Below are positions 1 through 11,109 of a stretch of DNA of 64,000 nucleotides, one piece after another (positions within the stretch are counted from its first letter, which is position 1; each line of letters opens with the position of its first letter). The notes below the pieces were generated by a model. That model saw only the letters and a list, made by a program, of their open reading frames with translations, was not told where the DNA came from and made no database searches. A program made the translations under genes and the position numbers. The stretch lies in NCBI GenBank assembly GCA_965368975.1, contig CBDUPA010000011.1, forward strand, positions 184,155 through 248,154. Direction: 5' to 3'. The DNA is from an uncultured bacterium (GTDB taxonomy: Bacteria; Acidobacteriota; Thermoanaerobaculia; Multivoradales; JAHZIX01).

Positions 1-2
1 TC

Positions 3-1076
3 GACCGCGACAATTTCGCCGCGGCGGTCACCGAAGCGCTTGCCCAGCATCCGCGCATCGAGCTGCGCCGTGGCGAGGTGACGGAGTTGCCCGAGGGTGA
101 TGCGGTGCTGGCCACCGGGCCGTTGACCTCGGACGCGCTGGCTGCGCGGCTGCAAGCGCTGCTGGGGAACGACTACCTTTACTTCTATGACGCCATCGCG
201 CCGATCGTCGACGCCGAGAGCCTGGACATGTCCAAACTGTTCGCCGGCTCGCGCTACGACAAAGGCGACGGCGACGACTACCTCAACGCGCCGATGACGC
301 CCGAGCAGTACCAGGTGTTCTACGAAGCGCTGACCAGTGCCGAGCTAGCACCCTTGCCCGCCTTCGATGAACTACCGGATGACGGCAGCAAGCGCAAGAA
401 TCCCTTCTTCGAAGGCTGCCTGCCGGTCGAGGAGATGGCGCGCCGCGGTGTCGACACCCTGCGCTTCGGCCCGATGAAGCCCGTCGGTCTGAGGCCGCCG
501 GACGGCTCCAGGCCACACGCCGTTGTGCAGCTGCGGCAAGAGAACCTTGCGCGCAGTCACTACAACCTGGTGGGTTTCCAGTCGCGTCTCAAGTGGGGCG
601 ACCAGAAGCGCGTGCTGCGGCTGATTCCCGGTCTCGAGAACGCCGACTTCGTGCGTCTCGGGCAGGTGCACCGCAACACTTTCATCAATGCGCCGCAATA
701 CCTGTTGCCGACCTACCAGCTACGGCCGCGGCCGAACCTGCGCCTGGGCGGTCAGATCACTGGCGTCGAGGGCTATCTGGAATCCGCTGCCACCGGTTTG
801 GCGATCGCGCTCTACTTGATGCTGGAACGGCGCGGCGTCGACTTCGAGCCCTTCCCGGCGACCACGGCTTTCGGCGCCATGAACCGGCACCTGGTCGAGT
901 CGATGGCCAAGCACTTCCAGCCCGCCAACATCAACTACGGCCTGTTCCTGTCGCTCGAAGGTCGCGTACCACGCAAGAGCCGCAAGCAGGCCTACGCCGA
1001 GCGGGCGCATGCCGAGTTGCTGGCTTGGGCGCAGCGCCACGGCGTCGACCTCGAAGCAGATCTGTGCGCGGCCTGA
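3..1076 (+). CDS. trmFO: tRNA (uracil-5)-methyltransferase TrmFO (Gid), 5'-truncated by window edge
   Basis: Motifs ATGPLTS, YFYDAIAPIV, FFEGCLPVE, LRFGPMKPVGL, GQITGVEGYLES; frame open from the window start; usual position upstream of xerC-hslVU. Confidence 0.95.
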   Translation, partial: DRDNFAAAVTEALAQHPRIELRRGEVTELPEGDAVLATGPLTSDALAARLQALLGNDYLYFYDAIAPIVDAESLDMSKLFAGSRYDKGDGDDYLNAPMTPEQYQVFYEALTSAELAPLPAFDELPDDGSKRKNPFFEGCLPVEEMARRGVDTLRFGPMKPVGLRPPDGSRPHAVVQLRQENLARSHYNLVGFQSRLKWGDQKRVLRLIPGLENADFVRLGQVHRNTFINAPQYLLPTYQLRPRPNLRLGGQITGVEGYLESAATGLAIALYLMLERRGVDFEPFPATTAFGAMNRHLVESMAKHFQPANINYGLFLSLEGRVPRKSRKQAYAERAHAELLAWAQRHGVDLEADLCAA

Positions 1077-1999
1077 TCGACGACTTTCTCGACCACCTGC
1101 GCCACGAGCGGCGCTTGTCGGAGCACACGGTGCGCGCCTATGGCGGTGACCTGCGGCGTTTTCTCGACTTCTTGGCCGGTGAGTACTTGGGGGTCGAGGT
1201 CGCCGATGCCGCGGCGGCGGATGTCGATGCCGCGGCGGTGCGGGCCTACCTGGCGCACCTGGCGCGCGGCAAGCGCAGCGCGCGCACACAGGCACGAGCG
1301 CTGGCAGCGGTCCGCAGCTGCTTACGTCACGGCTGCCGCCTCGGCATCGTGGACGCCAATGCCGCCGAGGCGGTCAGAACGCCGAAGCTGCCCAAGAAGC
1401 TACCGCGGCAGTTGCGTCCGGCCGAGATCGAGACGCTGCTCGCGGCGGTGGACGGTGAGGACGAGTTGTCGCTGCGCGACCGGGCGCTGCTCGAACTGCT
1501 CTACGCCACCGGCCTGCGCGTGGGAGAGTTGGTCAGCCTCGACTGGCGCGACCTCGACCTCGACGGGCGCCGTCTACGCGTGGTTGGCAAGGGCAGCAAA
1601 GAGCGGCAGGTCCACTTCGGCCGGCCGGCGGCGCAGACGCTGAGTCGCTGGCTCGACGTCTGGGACCAGGTGCGCCAGCGTCGCGCGCAGGATCTGCCCG
1701 AGGACGGGGATCCACTGTTCCTGCATCACCGCGGTGGCCGCCTGAGCGACCGTTCGGTACGCCGCGTGCTGGACAAACGGGTGCAGGAAGCGGCACTGAC
1801 CGCCGGTGTGCATCCGCACGCGCTGCGCCACACCTTCGCCACCCACTTGCTGGAGGCAGGAGCCGACCTGCGCACCATCCAGGAACTGCTGGGCCACAGC
1901 TCGCTGTCCACCACGCAGCGCTACACCCACCTGGATCTGGACCGTCTGTTGGGCGTTTACCGCGAAGCCCATCCCCGTGCCCGCCGCGGTTCCTCGTGA
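1064..1999 (+). CDS. xerC: Tyrosine recombinase XerC
   Basis: LLYATGLRVGEL, GKGSKER, HPHALRHTFATHLL, LGH..LSTTQRY catalytic set; GTG at 1064 overlaps the trmFO end; lies between trmFO and hslV. Confidence 0.9.
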   Translation: MRGLIDDFLDHLRHERRLSEHTVRAYGGDLRRFLDFLAGEYLGVEVADAAAADVDAAAVRAYLAHLARGKRSARTQARALAAVRSCLRHGCRLGIVDANAAEAVRTPKLPKKLPRQLRPAEIETLLAAVDGEDELSLRDRALLELLYATGLRVGELVSLDWRDLDLDGRRLRVVGKGSKERQVHFGRPAAQTLSRWLDVWDQVRQRRAQDLPEDGDPLFLHHRGGRLSDRSVRRVLDKRVQEAALTAGVHPHALRHTFATHLLEAGADLRTIQELLGHSSLSTTQRYTHLDLDRLLGVYREAHPRARRGSS

Positions 2000-2040
2000 G
2001 CTGCTACAATCCGGCCTCTATGCACTACAATGCCCGACCT

Positions 2041-2619
2041 ATGCAGGCGCAAGACGCAGATCAGCAGGACCGCCCTTTCTACCCTCGAACCCGCGCCACG
2101 ACCGTGCTGGTCGTGCGTCGCGACGGTCGATTGTGTATGGCCAGCGATGGCCAGGTGACCCTCGGCGATACGGTCGCCAAGAGTTCGGCCGCCAAGGTCA
2201 AGCGCGTTGGCAAGGACAACGATGTCCTGGTCGGCTTCGCCGGCGGTGCCGCCGACGGCCTGGCGCTCATCGACCGCTTCGAAGAGAAGTTGGGAGAGTT
2301 TGTCGGCAATGTCGAGCGCGCCGTTGTCGAACTGTCGCGCGACTGGCGGATGGACCGCGCGCTGCGCCAGCTACAAGCGCTGATCGTGGTCGCTGACCGG
2401 CGCCAGAGTTTCTTCGTCTCCGGCAACGGTGACCTGATGCAGCCGGACGAGGATGGCATCATGGCTATCGGTTCCGGCGGCAACTACGCGCTGTCGGCAG
2501 CGCGAGCTCTGGTCCGTCATACTGATCTCAGCGCCCGGCAGGTGGTGGAAGAAGCGATGAAGATCGCTGCCAGTATCTGCATCTACACCAACGATCACTT
2601 GACTATCGAGGAGCTCTGA
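2041..2619 (+). CDS. hslV: ATP-dependent protease subunit HslV (start uncertain, 1996-2041)
   Basis: [39 protein letters not shown]; followed by hslU. Confidence 0.95.
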   Translation: MQAQDADQQDRPFYPRTRATTVLVVRRDGRLCMASDGQVTLGDTVAKSSAAKVKRVGKDNDVLVGFAGGAADGLALIDRFEEKLGEFVGNVERAVVELSRDWRMDRALRQLQALIVVADRRQSFFVSGNGDLMQPDEDGIMAIGSGGNYALSAARALVRHTDLSARQVVEEAMKIAASICIYTNDHLTIEEL

Positions 2620-2621
2620 GC

Positions 2622-4032
<1,411 letters not shown>

Positions 4033-4043
<11 letters not shown>

Positions 4044-5139
4044 CACCTCTCCGCGTCGCGCCCTGTTGTTCGTTCTGCCGCTGGCGTTGCCGCTGCTGTT
4101 GACAGCCTGCGGCAAGAAGGGAGATCCGCGGCCCCCGATCCGTGCCGTACCGGCCGCCGTGCAGGATCTGGCCGTGCGCCAGCAGGGGCAGGATTTCCTG
4201 CTCGAGATGAGCTACCCGAAGGTCACCACCAGCGGCATGGCATTGCCCGCGCTTGATCGTGTCGAGGTGCTGCAACTGCTGCGTCCTGCGCCCGCCGAGG
4301 GTTTCCAGCCCGAGGTCGACGCGCTCGAGTTCAACACCAGTGCCGAGGTGCTGCGCGTGTTGGGCGGCAATGACCTGAGCCTGGCCACCAGCGGCGACCG
4401 CCTCTACGTGCGCTTGCCTGTGCCCGCACTTGCGGCGCCACCGACCGCGTCCGATGAAGGTGCTGCAGCGATGCCGCAGCAGCACGCTTTCGCTGTGCGC
4501 TCGATCACCGGTGCTGGTGAGGAGTCGGCGCTGTCGAACTTCGCTCTCCTGGTGCCGACGACGGCGCCGGAACCGCCCACCGGCATCAACCTGGTGCCGG
4601 GGCCCGAAGGTATCGAGATCACCTGGACCCCCCCCGCGGATGAGGTCGAGGGCTTCCACGTCTATCGTCGCGACGCTCGCAGCCGTGCCTATCCGCGCAC
4701 GCCGATCCGCGTCGAGGGTGATCAGCCCAAGGCGATGGATACCTCGGCCCGCTTCGGCAACCGCTACATCTACACCGTGACCACCGTGACGCAGCGCACA
4801 CCACTGATCGAGAGCCGCCTATCCGGCGAAGCCGAGGTCAGCTACCAGGACCGCTTCCCGCCCGCGGTGCCCGGCGGCTTGGTGGTGCTGGCCGAGATCG
4901 GCCGCGTGCGTTTGACCTGGGACCGCAGCCCGTCCGCTGACGTCGCCGGCTACTACGTCTACCGGCGTGGTGGCGGAGAAGGCGACTTCCGACGGCTCAA
5001 CGCCGAGTCGCAGACGCGCCGAGAGCTGGTCGACGAAGACGTCACCTCCGGCCGCACGTACACCTACCGCATCACGGCGGTCGACGCTCTGGGCAACGAG
5101 AGCGCGCCCAGCAACGAGGTCTTGACCACCGTCCGCTGA
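4033..5139 (+). CDS. Lipoprotein with fibronectin type III-like domains and N-terminal [10 protein letters not shown] motif
   Basis: Lipobox LLTA-C; FN3 hallmarks (ITWTPP..GFHVYRR; LTWD..GYYVYR; [14 protein letters not shown]). Confidence 0.8.
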
Positions 5140-5168
5140 GCCCGGTGGGTCAACGCTGCCGAAACAGA

Positions 5169-6056
5169 ATGAGCCGGTTCTTCAAGGTCTCCGGTGGTGG
5201 CAACGACTTCCTTGCCCTACCGGAGCCGGACACTCGTCCCAGCCCGAGCACCATTCGGGCCTGGTGCCAACGCGGTCACTCGCTGGGTGCTGACGGCATT
5301 TTCCTGCTGCAGCGGGCGGCGCCCGCGACCGACGGCGTATCTGTCGTCACCATGGAGTACGTCAACGCTGACGGTAGCAGTGGCGAATTGTGTCTCAACG
5401 GCACCCGCTGCGCCGCCCGCCTGGCCTTCCACCTGCGCTGGGCGGAGTCCGAGGTCGAGGTGCGTACCGGCGCAGGTCCGATCCGAGCCCAGGCGGCGGC
5501 CGGCGGCCTGATCGCCTTGACCATCCCGCCGCTGCAAACGACGCTGCAGCAGGTGAGTGCAGCCGTCACCTCGGCTGGAGCGCACGGAGCGACCGAGTAC
5601 CAGGGCTGGCATCTCGATGTCGGCGTGCCGCATTTCGTCCTCCTATGGCCGCACGATCTGGAGACCGCGCCGGTTCACGATCTCGGTCAGCGCCTGGTGC
5701 ACCATCCGGTCTTCGCCACGGCTGGCGCCAACATCGACTTCGTGCGCTACCCCCGCCGCGATTTGATCGAGATTCGTTCGTTCGAGCGAGGCGTCAATGC
5801 GGAGACCCTGGCCTGTGGCACCGGGGCTATCGCGGCCGCTGCCGTGGGGCTTCACCTGGACGCCCTCGACTTGCCTGCCCTCGACGTCAGTGTCGACGTC
5901 CACACGCGCGGCGGTTTCCCGATGCGGGTCGCCGCGGCTACCGCAGACCAGCGTCGAGTGACCCGCTGGTCTCTCACCGGTGATGCTCGCTTGCTGGCCA
6001 CCGGCACCTTGCTACCCGAGGCCGCGGACGCCAATGAGCGCCCGCGGTGGGGTTGA
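5169..6056 (+). CDS. dapF: Diaminopimelate epimerase
   Basis: FFKVSGGGNDF, NADGS..ELCLNGTRC, GVPH, FERGV..ETLACGTGA with both catalytic Cys. Confidence 0.93.
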   Translation: MSRFFKVSGGGNDFLALPEPDTRPSPSTIRAWCQRGHSLGADGIFLLQRAAPATDGVSVVTMEYVNADGSSGELCLNGTRCAARLAFHLRWAESEVEVRTGAGPIRAQAAAGGLIALTIPPLQTTLQQVSAAVTSAGAHGATEYQGWHLDVGVPHFVLLWPHDLETAPVHDLGQRLVHHPVFATAGANIDFVRYPRRDLIEIRSFERGVNAETLACGTGAIAAAAVGLHLDALDLPALDVSVDVHTRGGFPMRVAAATADQRRVTRWSLTGDARLLATGTLLPEAADANERPRWG

Positions 6057-6084
6057 CGGTCAGGAACGCGATAGGATCCACTCT

Positions 6085-7101
6085 ATGTGGATCACCAGTC
6101 TGTTACTCCAATTCGTGCTGCCGTCCCTGGTGGCACAGGCACCCGCAGAGCCCGTACGCATGGCGACCCGGGCTTTCGACTCCCGAGTCGAACTCGAAGT
6201 GCGCGATCTGCCGAGCACGGACGCCGAAGCGGCGATCCACGCGGCGATCGCGGAAATTCATCAGGTGCAGTACCTGGTGGACCCGGAGCGGCGAGTAGAA
6301 GGCAGCCTGGGCTGGCTCAATGGTCATGCGGGTGACGGTGCCCAGCGGGTGGATCCGCGCCTGCGCGCCATGCTGGAGCGTGGCTGGCACTTTTGCGTTT
6401 GGTCCCGCAACGCGCACGGGCCCCTGGCGGGGGAACTCTACGAGCTGTGGGGGCTGCGCAAGGATCGCTTGACGCGCCACCCGCGGCCGAGCAAGGTCTT
6501 CGAGAGCACCCGCCGGGCGGCGTGCAATCGCCTGCGGATCAACCTCAACGAAGGCACCGTGATCCTGGAAGAGGAGAGCCAGCTCGACCTCTGGGGCTTT
6601 GCCAGCGGCTACGCGGTGGATCGCGCGGTCGATGTGCTGCGCGACCACGGTGTGACCAATGCCTGGGTCGAAATCGGCCGTGTGCGCCGAGCGCTGGGCA
6701 GTGGTCCGGAAGGCCGCGGCTGGCCGGTGCTGCTGCCGGTACTGCCGGGCACCACCGAACCGCTGGACGAGATCTACCTGCAGGATCGCAGTCTGGTGAC
6801 CCTGATGAACGACGACTTCCTGTTCGAGGTCGGCGACGACGCCTACCCGGCCTTCATCGACCAGCGCTCGGGCCAGCCGGCGCAGGGCGTCCAGGGAGTG
6901 CTGGTGGTCACCGATCTGGCGGCGGACGCCGAACCGCTGGCAGTGTCCATGTTGATCACCGGGTACCGCGAGGGGCAGATGCGCCTCGGTGGTCTCAAGC
7001 CGACCCCGGCGGTGCTCTGGTTCTTGGGCAGTGAGCAAGGTTCGCCGCTATTGGCCAGCTACCACTGGTCGAGCTTGGTGACGGGCGTCGTACCGCACTG
7101 A
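6085..7101 (+). CDS. ApbE-family FAD:protein FMN transferase-like protein with divergent motifs
   Basis: N-terminal hydrophobic signal; ApbE-like layout (LYELWG, LDLWGFASGYAVD, GWPV, FIDQRSGQP, ADAEPLA). Confidence 0.7.
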   Translation: MWITSLLLQFVLPSLVAQAPAEPVRMATRAFDSRVELEVRDLPSTDAEAAIHAAIAEIHQVQYLVDPERRVEGSLGWLNGHAGDGAQRVDPRLRAMLERGWHFCVWSRNAHGPLAGELYELWGLRKDRLTRHPRPSKVFESTRRAACNRLRINLNEGTVILEEESQLDLWGFASGYAVDRAVDVLRDHGVTNAWVEIGRVRRALGSGPEGRGWPVLLPVLPGTTEPLDEIYLQDRSLVTLMNDDFLFEVGDDAYPAFIDQRSGQPAQGVQGVLVVTDLAADAEPLAVSMLITGYREGQMRLGGLKPTPAVLWFLGSEQGSPLLASYHWSSLVTGVVPH

Positions 7102-7107
7102 ACCTGC

Positions 7108-7605
7108 CTAGTTGGTCGCCGTACCCGTTGCCGTCTGGGCCTGCGAACGAGGCTCCGAACGAGCACGTTGCAGCCGCTTGGCCGCGTTCTGCGCCATCGA
7201 CACCATGCTGGTCAAGCCCATGCTCTTGCCCATCGACAACTCGTTGCCGAAGATTTCGTAGACCACGTCCGCCGACACCTGCTCGACCTGTTCCAGCGGC
7301 GTCCCGGAGAGGCTCTCTTCCAGGATCACCGCCATCGCCTTGGCCGAAATCCCCTGCGGATTCTCGACCGCGAAATGGAAGGCGAGGGTGCCGTCCGGGC
7401 GCGGCACCGCCCACATGTAGGCCTCCGATTCGCAAGCCGGCACCCGATTGTCAGCGCTGAAGGGTGGCTTGGCGATGCTGTCGGGTACGCACCGGAAGCG
7501 TTCCGCGATGCCGATCAGCATCTGGATGCGATCCGCGCGGTCGGGAAACAGCGCCAGCGTGTCCAGCACTTCTTGTAGCTTCTCCGGGTGCTGCTTCTCG
7601 CTCAT
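7108..7605 (-). CDS. SufE-family sulfur acceptor protein
   Basis: RIQMLI..AE, NRVPACESEAY (acceptor Cys), ISAKAMA; directly downstream of a rhodanese gene. Confidence 0.8.
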   Translation of the reverse strand: MSEKQHPEKLQEVLDTLALFPDRADRIQMLIGIAERFRCVPDSIAKPPFSADNRVPACESEAYMWAVPRPDGTLAFHFAVENPQGISAKAMAVILEESLSGTPLEQVEQVSADVVYEIFGNELSMGKSMGLTSMVSMAQNAAKRLQRARSEPRSQAQTATGTATN

Positions 7606-7639
7606 CTTCGACCCTCGCTCATCATGATTCGATCGGCGG

Positions 7640-8503
7640 TCATTTCTCGATTGGGACGCCCACAAGGTTGCCCCACTCGGTCCAGCTACCGTCATAGTTG
7701 CGCACCCGAGGGTATCCCAGCAGGTAGCTGAGCACGAACCAGCTGTGACTGCTGCGCTCGCCGATGCGGCAATAGACGACCACGTCATCGTCGGGGGCCA
7801 GGCCTTGCTCCTGCTCGTAGATGGCACGCAACTCGTCGGCGTTCTTGAACGTGCCGTCGTCGCTGTTCACTGCTCTGCCCCACGGGACGTTGCGCGCGCC
7901 GGGGATGTGCCCGCCACGCAGGGCACCCTCGTTGGGATACGCCTCCATGTGCAGCCGCTGGCCGCTGTACTCCTCCGGACTCCGCACGTCGACCAGCGGT
8001 AGACTGCGGTCAACGTGTCCGAGCACGTCGTCCCGGAACACCCGCACTTTGGAATCGTTGCGTTCCGGTGCTGCGTAGTCGGTCGTAGCGTAGGCCGGTA
8101 CTTCCTGGGTCAGCTCGCGCCCCTCTAGGTGCCACTTCAACCGCCCGCCGTCCATCACCTTGACCTTGTCGTGGCCGAACAGCTGGAAGACCCACAGGGC
8201 ATAGGTCGCCCACCAGTTGTTCTTGTCGCCGTAGAAGATAACCGTCGTGTCGGTGCCGATGCCGATGCGTCGCGCCAGCGCCTCGAAAGCGTCGCGACCG
8301 AGATAGTCCCGGCGTAGCGGGTCGTTGAGGTCACGCGTCCAGTCCACTTCCACCGCGCCGGGGATGTGCCCGGACGGGTAGAGCAGTGGATCCTCGTTGG
8401 ATTCGACCAGTCGTACGTTTGGGTCGTCGAGGTGCTCGGCGACCCACTCGGTGGAGACCAGGACGTCCGGCTGGCTATAGCCGCGGTGTGCAATATCGCT
8501 CAT
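7640..8503 (-). CDS. Tandem-domain rhodanese / thiosulfate sulfurtransferase (SseA/CysA2-like)
   Basis: LVSTEW, GHIPGA in both domains, active-site [19 protein letters not shown]. Confidence 0.93.
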   Translation of the reverse strand: MSDIAHRGYSQPDVLVSTEWVAEHLDDPNVRLVESNEDPLLYPSGHIPGAVEVDWTRDLNDPLRRDYLGRDAFEALARRIGIGTDTTVIFYGDKNNWWATYALWVFQLFGHDKVKVMDGGRLKWHLEGRELTQEVPAYATTDYAAPERNDSKVRVFRDDVLGHVDRSLPLVDVRSPEEYSGQRLHMEAYPNEGALRGGHIPGARNVPWGRAVNSDDGTFKNADELRAIYEQEQGLAPDDDVVVYCRIGERSSHSWFVLSYLLGYPRVRNYDGSWTEWGNLVGVPIEK

Positions 8504-8790
8504 AGGATTCAACCTTCCTTGGATTCTCGGATTCGCTGCGGTTCGTTCCGCGTGTGGACCGGCCGACAAGTAGAATACTTGATCAAACTAGTCATGAATA
8601 GTCCAATTCCTGGGTCACGAGCACGGCGGCAACACTCATGGCAATTCTGTGAACGCCGGGGTCGGGTGCTGCGAAGTCCGCGGTTTTGCAGGTACACTGT
8701 AAGGGTGGCTCACCCATAAAGACCTCCTGATAACTGGAGTACACCAGGATTCTACGAGCTCAAGAGCGAAGCCAAGAGGAACAAGTCGTC

Positions 8791-9651
8791 ATGCAAGCCC
8801 ACGCCGCCGCGCCCTCCAAGCCAGAGCCCTCGCAAACGGACGACGAGCTGACCGCGATCGAGGCGGGTTACCCGTGCTGTCCGGAGCAAGTTCCAGAAAC
8901 GACGCTCGAACAAGGTCGCTATCTACTGCGGTTCGCCCGCACGCCCGCGGAGGTGCGGACCGTCCTGCATCTGCGCTTCCAGGTGTTCAACCTCGAGCTT
9001 GGTGAGGGCCTGGAGTCGTCGCGCGATTTGGGCCTTGATGTGGATGGTTTCGACGCCGTCTGCCATCACCTGATGGTGCAGGACAAGACCACTGGTGAGA
9101 TCGTCGGTACGTACCGCCTGCAGACCCACGACATGGCGGCCGCGCACAAGGGGTTCTACTCCTCGGGAGAGTTCGATCTGTCCGTGCTTCCCGCTGACAT
9201 CGCGGGGGAGTGTGTCGAGCTGGGGCGTGCCTGCATCGCCCTGTCGCACCGCAACCGGCAGGTTCTGTTCCTGCTGTGGAAGGGGCTGGCGCTGTACTTG
9301 ACCTGGAACCGCAAGCGCTATTTGTTCGGCTGTTCCTCCTTGACCAGCCAAGATCCCCGGGACGGGCTGGAAATGCTACAGTACCTGTCCGATCGCGGCC
9401 ACTTGCACCCGACGCTGGTCGTGCCGCCGTTACCCGGGTTCGAATGCGAACTACCCGCCGACGCTCCGCCGATCGTCTCTGACGACGTCGAGGTCCCCGG
9501 GTTGTTCCGCAGCTACCTGCGCTACGGTGCCAAGATCTGTGGTGCACCGGCTATCGATCGCGAGTTCAAGACCATCGATTTCTTCATGCTGTTCGACCTC
9601 GGTGGCCTCGACGACCGGCGATACCAGATCTACTTCGACGCACAGCGCTGA
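8791..9651 (+). CDS. GNAT-family N-acyltransferase, OlsB-like (aminolipid N-acyltransferase)
   Basis: LRFQVFNLELGEG, DGFDAVCHHL, VGTYRL, ELGRAC, LFGCSS, YLRYGAKICG.PAIDREF.TIDF. Confidence 0.85.
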   Translation: MQAHAAAPSKPEPSQTDDELTAIEAGYPCCPEQVPETTLEQGRYLLRFARTPAEVRTVLHLRFQVFNLELGEGLESSRDLGLDVDGFDAVCHHLMVQDKTTGEIVGTYRLQTHDMAAAHKGFYSSGEFDLSVLPADIAGECVELGRACIALSHRNRQVLFLLWKGLALYLTWNRKRYLFGCSSLTSQDPRDGLEMLQYLSDRGHLHPTLVVPPLPGFECELPADAPPIVSDDVEVPGLFRSYLRYGAKICGAPAIDREFKTIDFFMLFDLGGLDDRRYQIYFDAQR

Positions 9652-9743
9652 GTTTCGGCGACCGCGGAGGAGGTCGCCGTTGTGGCCCGTTTGCCGGCCT
9701 TCGAGGTCAGTCTATCGGACGTCTCGTGTAACCGGCGCCTTCC

Positions 9744-10535
9744 ATGACCTGGCTGCTCCTCGCCCTACGCGTTGTCTTGGTACTTTCCTACACACTCGGC
9801 TGTTACCTGACGCTGATCGTAGGACGTGCCCTGCTATGGCTCGTGCGGCGCTCGTCGCAGCATTGGTCCGACGAGATCTATCGCCTTTGGGGCGCTGGCA
9901 TGACGCGTCTGTTGGGGATCCGTGTCGACGTGCGTGGTCCCACGCCACCCAGACCATTTCTGCTCGTCTCCAACCACCTGAGCTATGTCGACATCTTCTT
10001 GCTCGCCGGCCTGTTCGGCTGTGTCTTTGTCGCCAAGTCGGAGATCGCGCGCTGGCCGCTGATCGGCCACCTGTGTCGCGCCGTTGGCACCATCTTCGTC
10101 GACCGTCAGAGCCGCCGCGATGCACTGCGCGTCGGCACGCAGATCCACGAAACGCTGGCTGCTGGGCGCAGCGTGGTGGTCTTTCCCGAGGGAACGACCT
10201 CCGGCGGCGAAACCGTGGAGCCGTTCAAGGCGTCGTTGCTCGCTCCCGCGGCCGCGCAAGAGGTGCCGGTCTACGGCGCGGCTCTCAGTTATCAGACCCC
10301 GGCGGACGTCCCGCCGGCTCGCCTCTCCGTGTGCTGGTGGGCAGATATGCAGCTGGTTCCGCACCTGTTCGGCCTTTTCCGCTTGCCATCGTTCTGTGCT
10401 AGCGTCAACTTTGCCGAAGCACCGATCCAAGATTCGGATCGCAAGCGACTTGCTCGCCGTTTGCACACGGCAATTCTCGCCAAGTTCACCCCGGTGACCG
10501 GGTCGGAGGACGGATGCAACCTCAAGAACTCTTGA
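9744..10535 (+). CDS. Lysophospholipid acyltransferase (PlsC/OlsA-like)
   Basis: NHLSYVD (HxxxxD), FVAKSEI, GTIFVDR, VFPEGTT. Confidence 0.9.
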   Translation: MTWLLLALRVVLVLSYTLGCYLTLIVGRALLWLVRRSSQHWSDEIYRLWGAGMTRLLGIRVDVRGPTPPRPFLLVSNHLSYVDIFLLAGLFGCVFVAKSEIARWPLIGHLCRAVGTIFVDRQSRRDALRVGTQIHETLAAGRSVVVFPEGTTSGGETVEPFKASLLAPAAAQEVPVYGAALSYQTPADVPPARLSVCWWADMQLVPHLFGLFRLPSFCASVNFAEAPIQDSDRKRLARRLHTAILAKFTPVTGSEDGCNLKNS

Positions 10536-11047
10536 CGTTGAAGAATATCGAGTTTCTCAAGCAGGGCTCTGCCCTGATCGAACAGTTGGATGACGAGGTG
10601 TACTCTGCCCCGACACCCCCTCTCGGCAACAGCGGCGTCGGCGCACACTTCCGGCACTGCCTCGACTACTATCGCTGCTTCCTCTACGGTGTCGATAGTG
10701 GCAAAGTCGACTACGACGCGCGTCACCGCGACCCACGGGTCGAGGTGGATCGCCGGCATGCCCAAGCGTGCATCGATGATTTGATCGAACGTCTCCGAGC
10801 CGTGTCGAGGCTCGATGCCGCTCAGGAGCTGGAAGTCAGCGTCGACAGCCCGGAGCGTGAGCTGCGCCATCTGCAGTGGAGCCGTTCGACCCTACTGCGT
10901 GAACTGCAGATGCTGGTGAGCCACACCGTGCACCACTATGCTCTGATTGCCGTTCTGCTGCGTTCCCGAGGCCTCGATCCAGGTGCGGAGTTCGGCGTCG
11001 CACCCTCCACCCTCGACCATTGGCAGCAGACCGCCGCAGCCTCCTGA
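10514..11047 (+). CDS. DinB-family protein
   Basis: GAHFRHCLD, DYDARHRD, RELQMLVSHTVHHYALI, FGVAPST; overlaps the upstream gene. Confidence 0.8.
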   Translation: MQPQELLTLKNIEFLKQGSALIEQLDDEVYSAPTPPLGNSGVGAHFRHCLDYYRCFLYGVDSGKVDYDARHRDPRVEVDRRHAQACIDDLIERLRAVSRLDAAQELEVSVDSPERELRHLQWSRSTLLRELQMLVSHTVHHYALIAVLLRSRGLDPGAEFGVAPSTLDHWQQTAAAS

Positions 11048-11109
11048 CGCTGGCAGTTTTAGCGCCCGGCGTCTTCTGACCCGCGTCCCCTGCCGAGCCG
11101 TCCGCGATC

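Noticed and set aside
1064-1999. Tyrosine recombinase as a prophage or island integrase
   Set aside because: It lies in the conserved trmFO-xerC-hslVU housekeeping context, with no att site, tRNA or phage genes.
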